Of a stretch of 64,000 nucleotides of DNA, positions 63,544-64,000 are shown in pieces. Under the pieces are notes generated by a model that had not been told where the DNA came from, did no database searches, and saw only the letters and a program-made list of their open reading frames with translations. The stretch lies in NCBI GenBank assembly GCA_964252035.1, contig OZ176200.1; one strand, 5' to 3'. The translations under genes and the position numbers were made by a program. Numbering within the stretch: position 1 is the first letter of the stretch; each line of letters begins with the position of its first letter. Origin of the DNA: Podarcis erhardii (taxonomy: Eukaryota).

Positions 63544-64000
63544 TGCAGAAGTAATGCTGTATCTCAGGGCAAATTAGTTAAAAGTAAATTGAACTTCTTA
63601 AAAAATAAATAAAGCCATGTCTTGCTAGCCAATTTTGGCATCTTGAACAGAGGAAAAACTGGATGTTTCTAATAAGTAATTGGGGAAGTGTTCAGTTCTT
63701 ATTTAATATAAGACAGGGTTAACACACTTTGTAAGCCAGAACAAGTGGTTATTCATTGATGAATGAGTTCACATGCAACTAGATAGGAAAGTGAAAGTAA
63801 CCACAAAAAACCAAAATGTCTGGGGCGAATGCTTAATGTTATACCACGGGAAGGACTGTCATTCAGTGGTAAAACACATGTTGGGTAAGCAAAGGGTACC
63901 TTTACCTTTACCTTTAATGTAGAGCAGGTCTAGGTATCTTGCGGCTCTCCAACTCCCTGAAAGTCCAGGCAGCAGGGCTGATGGTCAGAGATGATAAGAG

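Noticed and set aside
1-64000. CRISPR arrays, rRNA or prokaryotic systems
   Set aside because: The sequence is vertebrate; the recurring repeats are SINEs, MITEs and microsatellites, not repeat-spacer arrays.

Overview
Vertebrate genomic DNA, most likely from a lacertid lizard: it carries Sauria/Squam1-type SINEs, Squam2/3-like tRNA SINEs, BovB, L2, CR1 and L1 LINEs, and hAT and Tc1/mariner MITEs. I found no recognisable host protein-coding exon, so the window looks like a repeat-rich intergenic or deep intronic region with several non-repetitive, enhancer-like stretches. Two LTR-retroelement structures stand out. (1) At 41865-44242 (-), a Ty1/Copia derivative sits inside an old CR1 LINE. It has one 422-bp LTR, a decayed copia-type primer-binding site and an uninterrupted 547-aa ORF whose retroelement functions look remodelled or disabled: N-terminal capsid part only, lost zinc knuckle, degenerate protease, intact HHCC, integrase cut before the catalytic Glu, and no RT. 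Its stop codon comes from the antisense CR1. It is a candidate domesticated Copia gene or a new non-autonomous ORF-bearing family. (2) At 32165-32924 (+), a young 760-bp solo LTR with a perfect 5-bp TSD is almost filled by a 198-aa ORF with an acidic Ser-rich N-terminus and an Arg-rich C-terminus, a candidate LTR-encoded accessory protein. Family names come from my recognition of motifs and consensus-like sequence, not from database searches.
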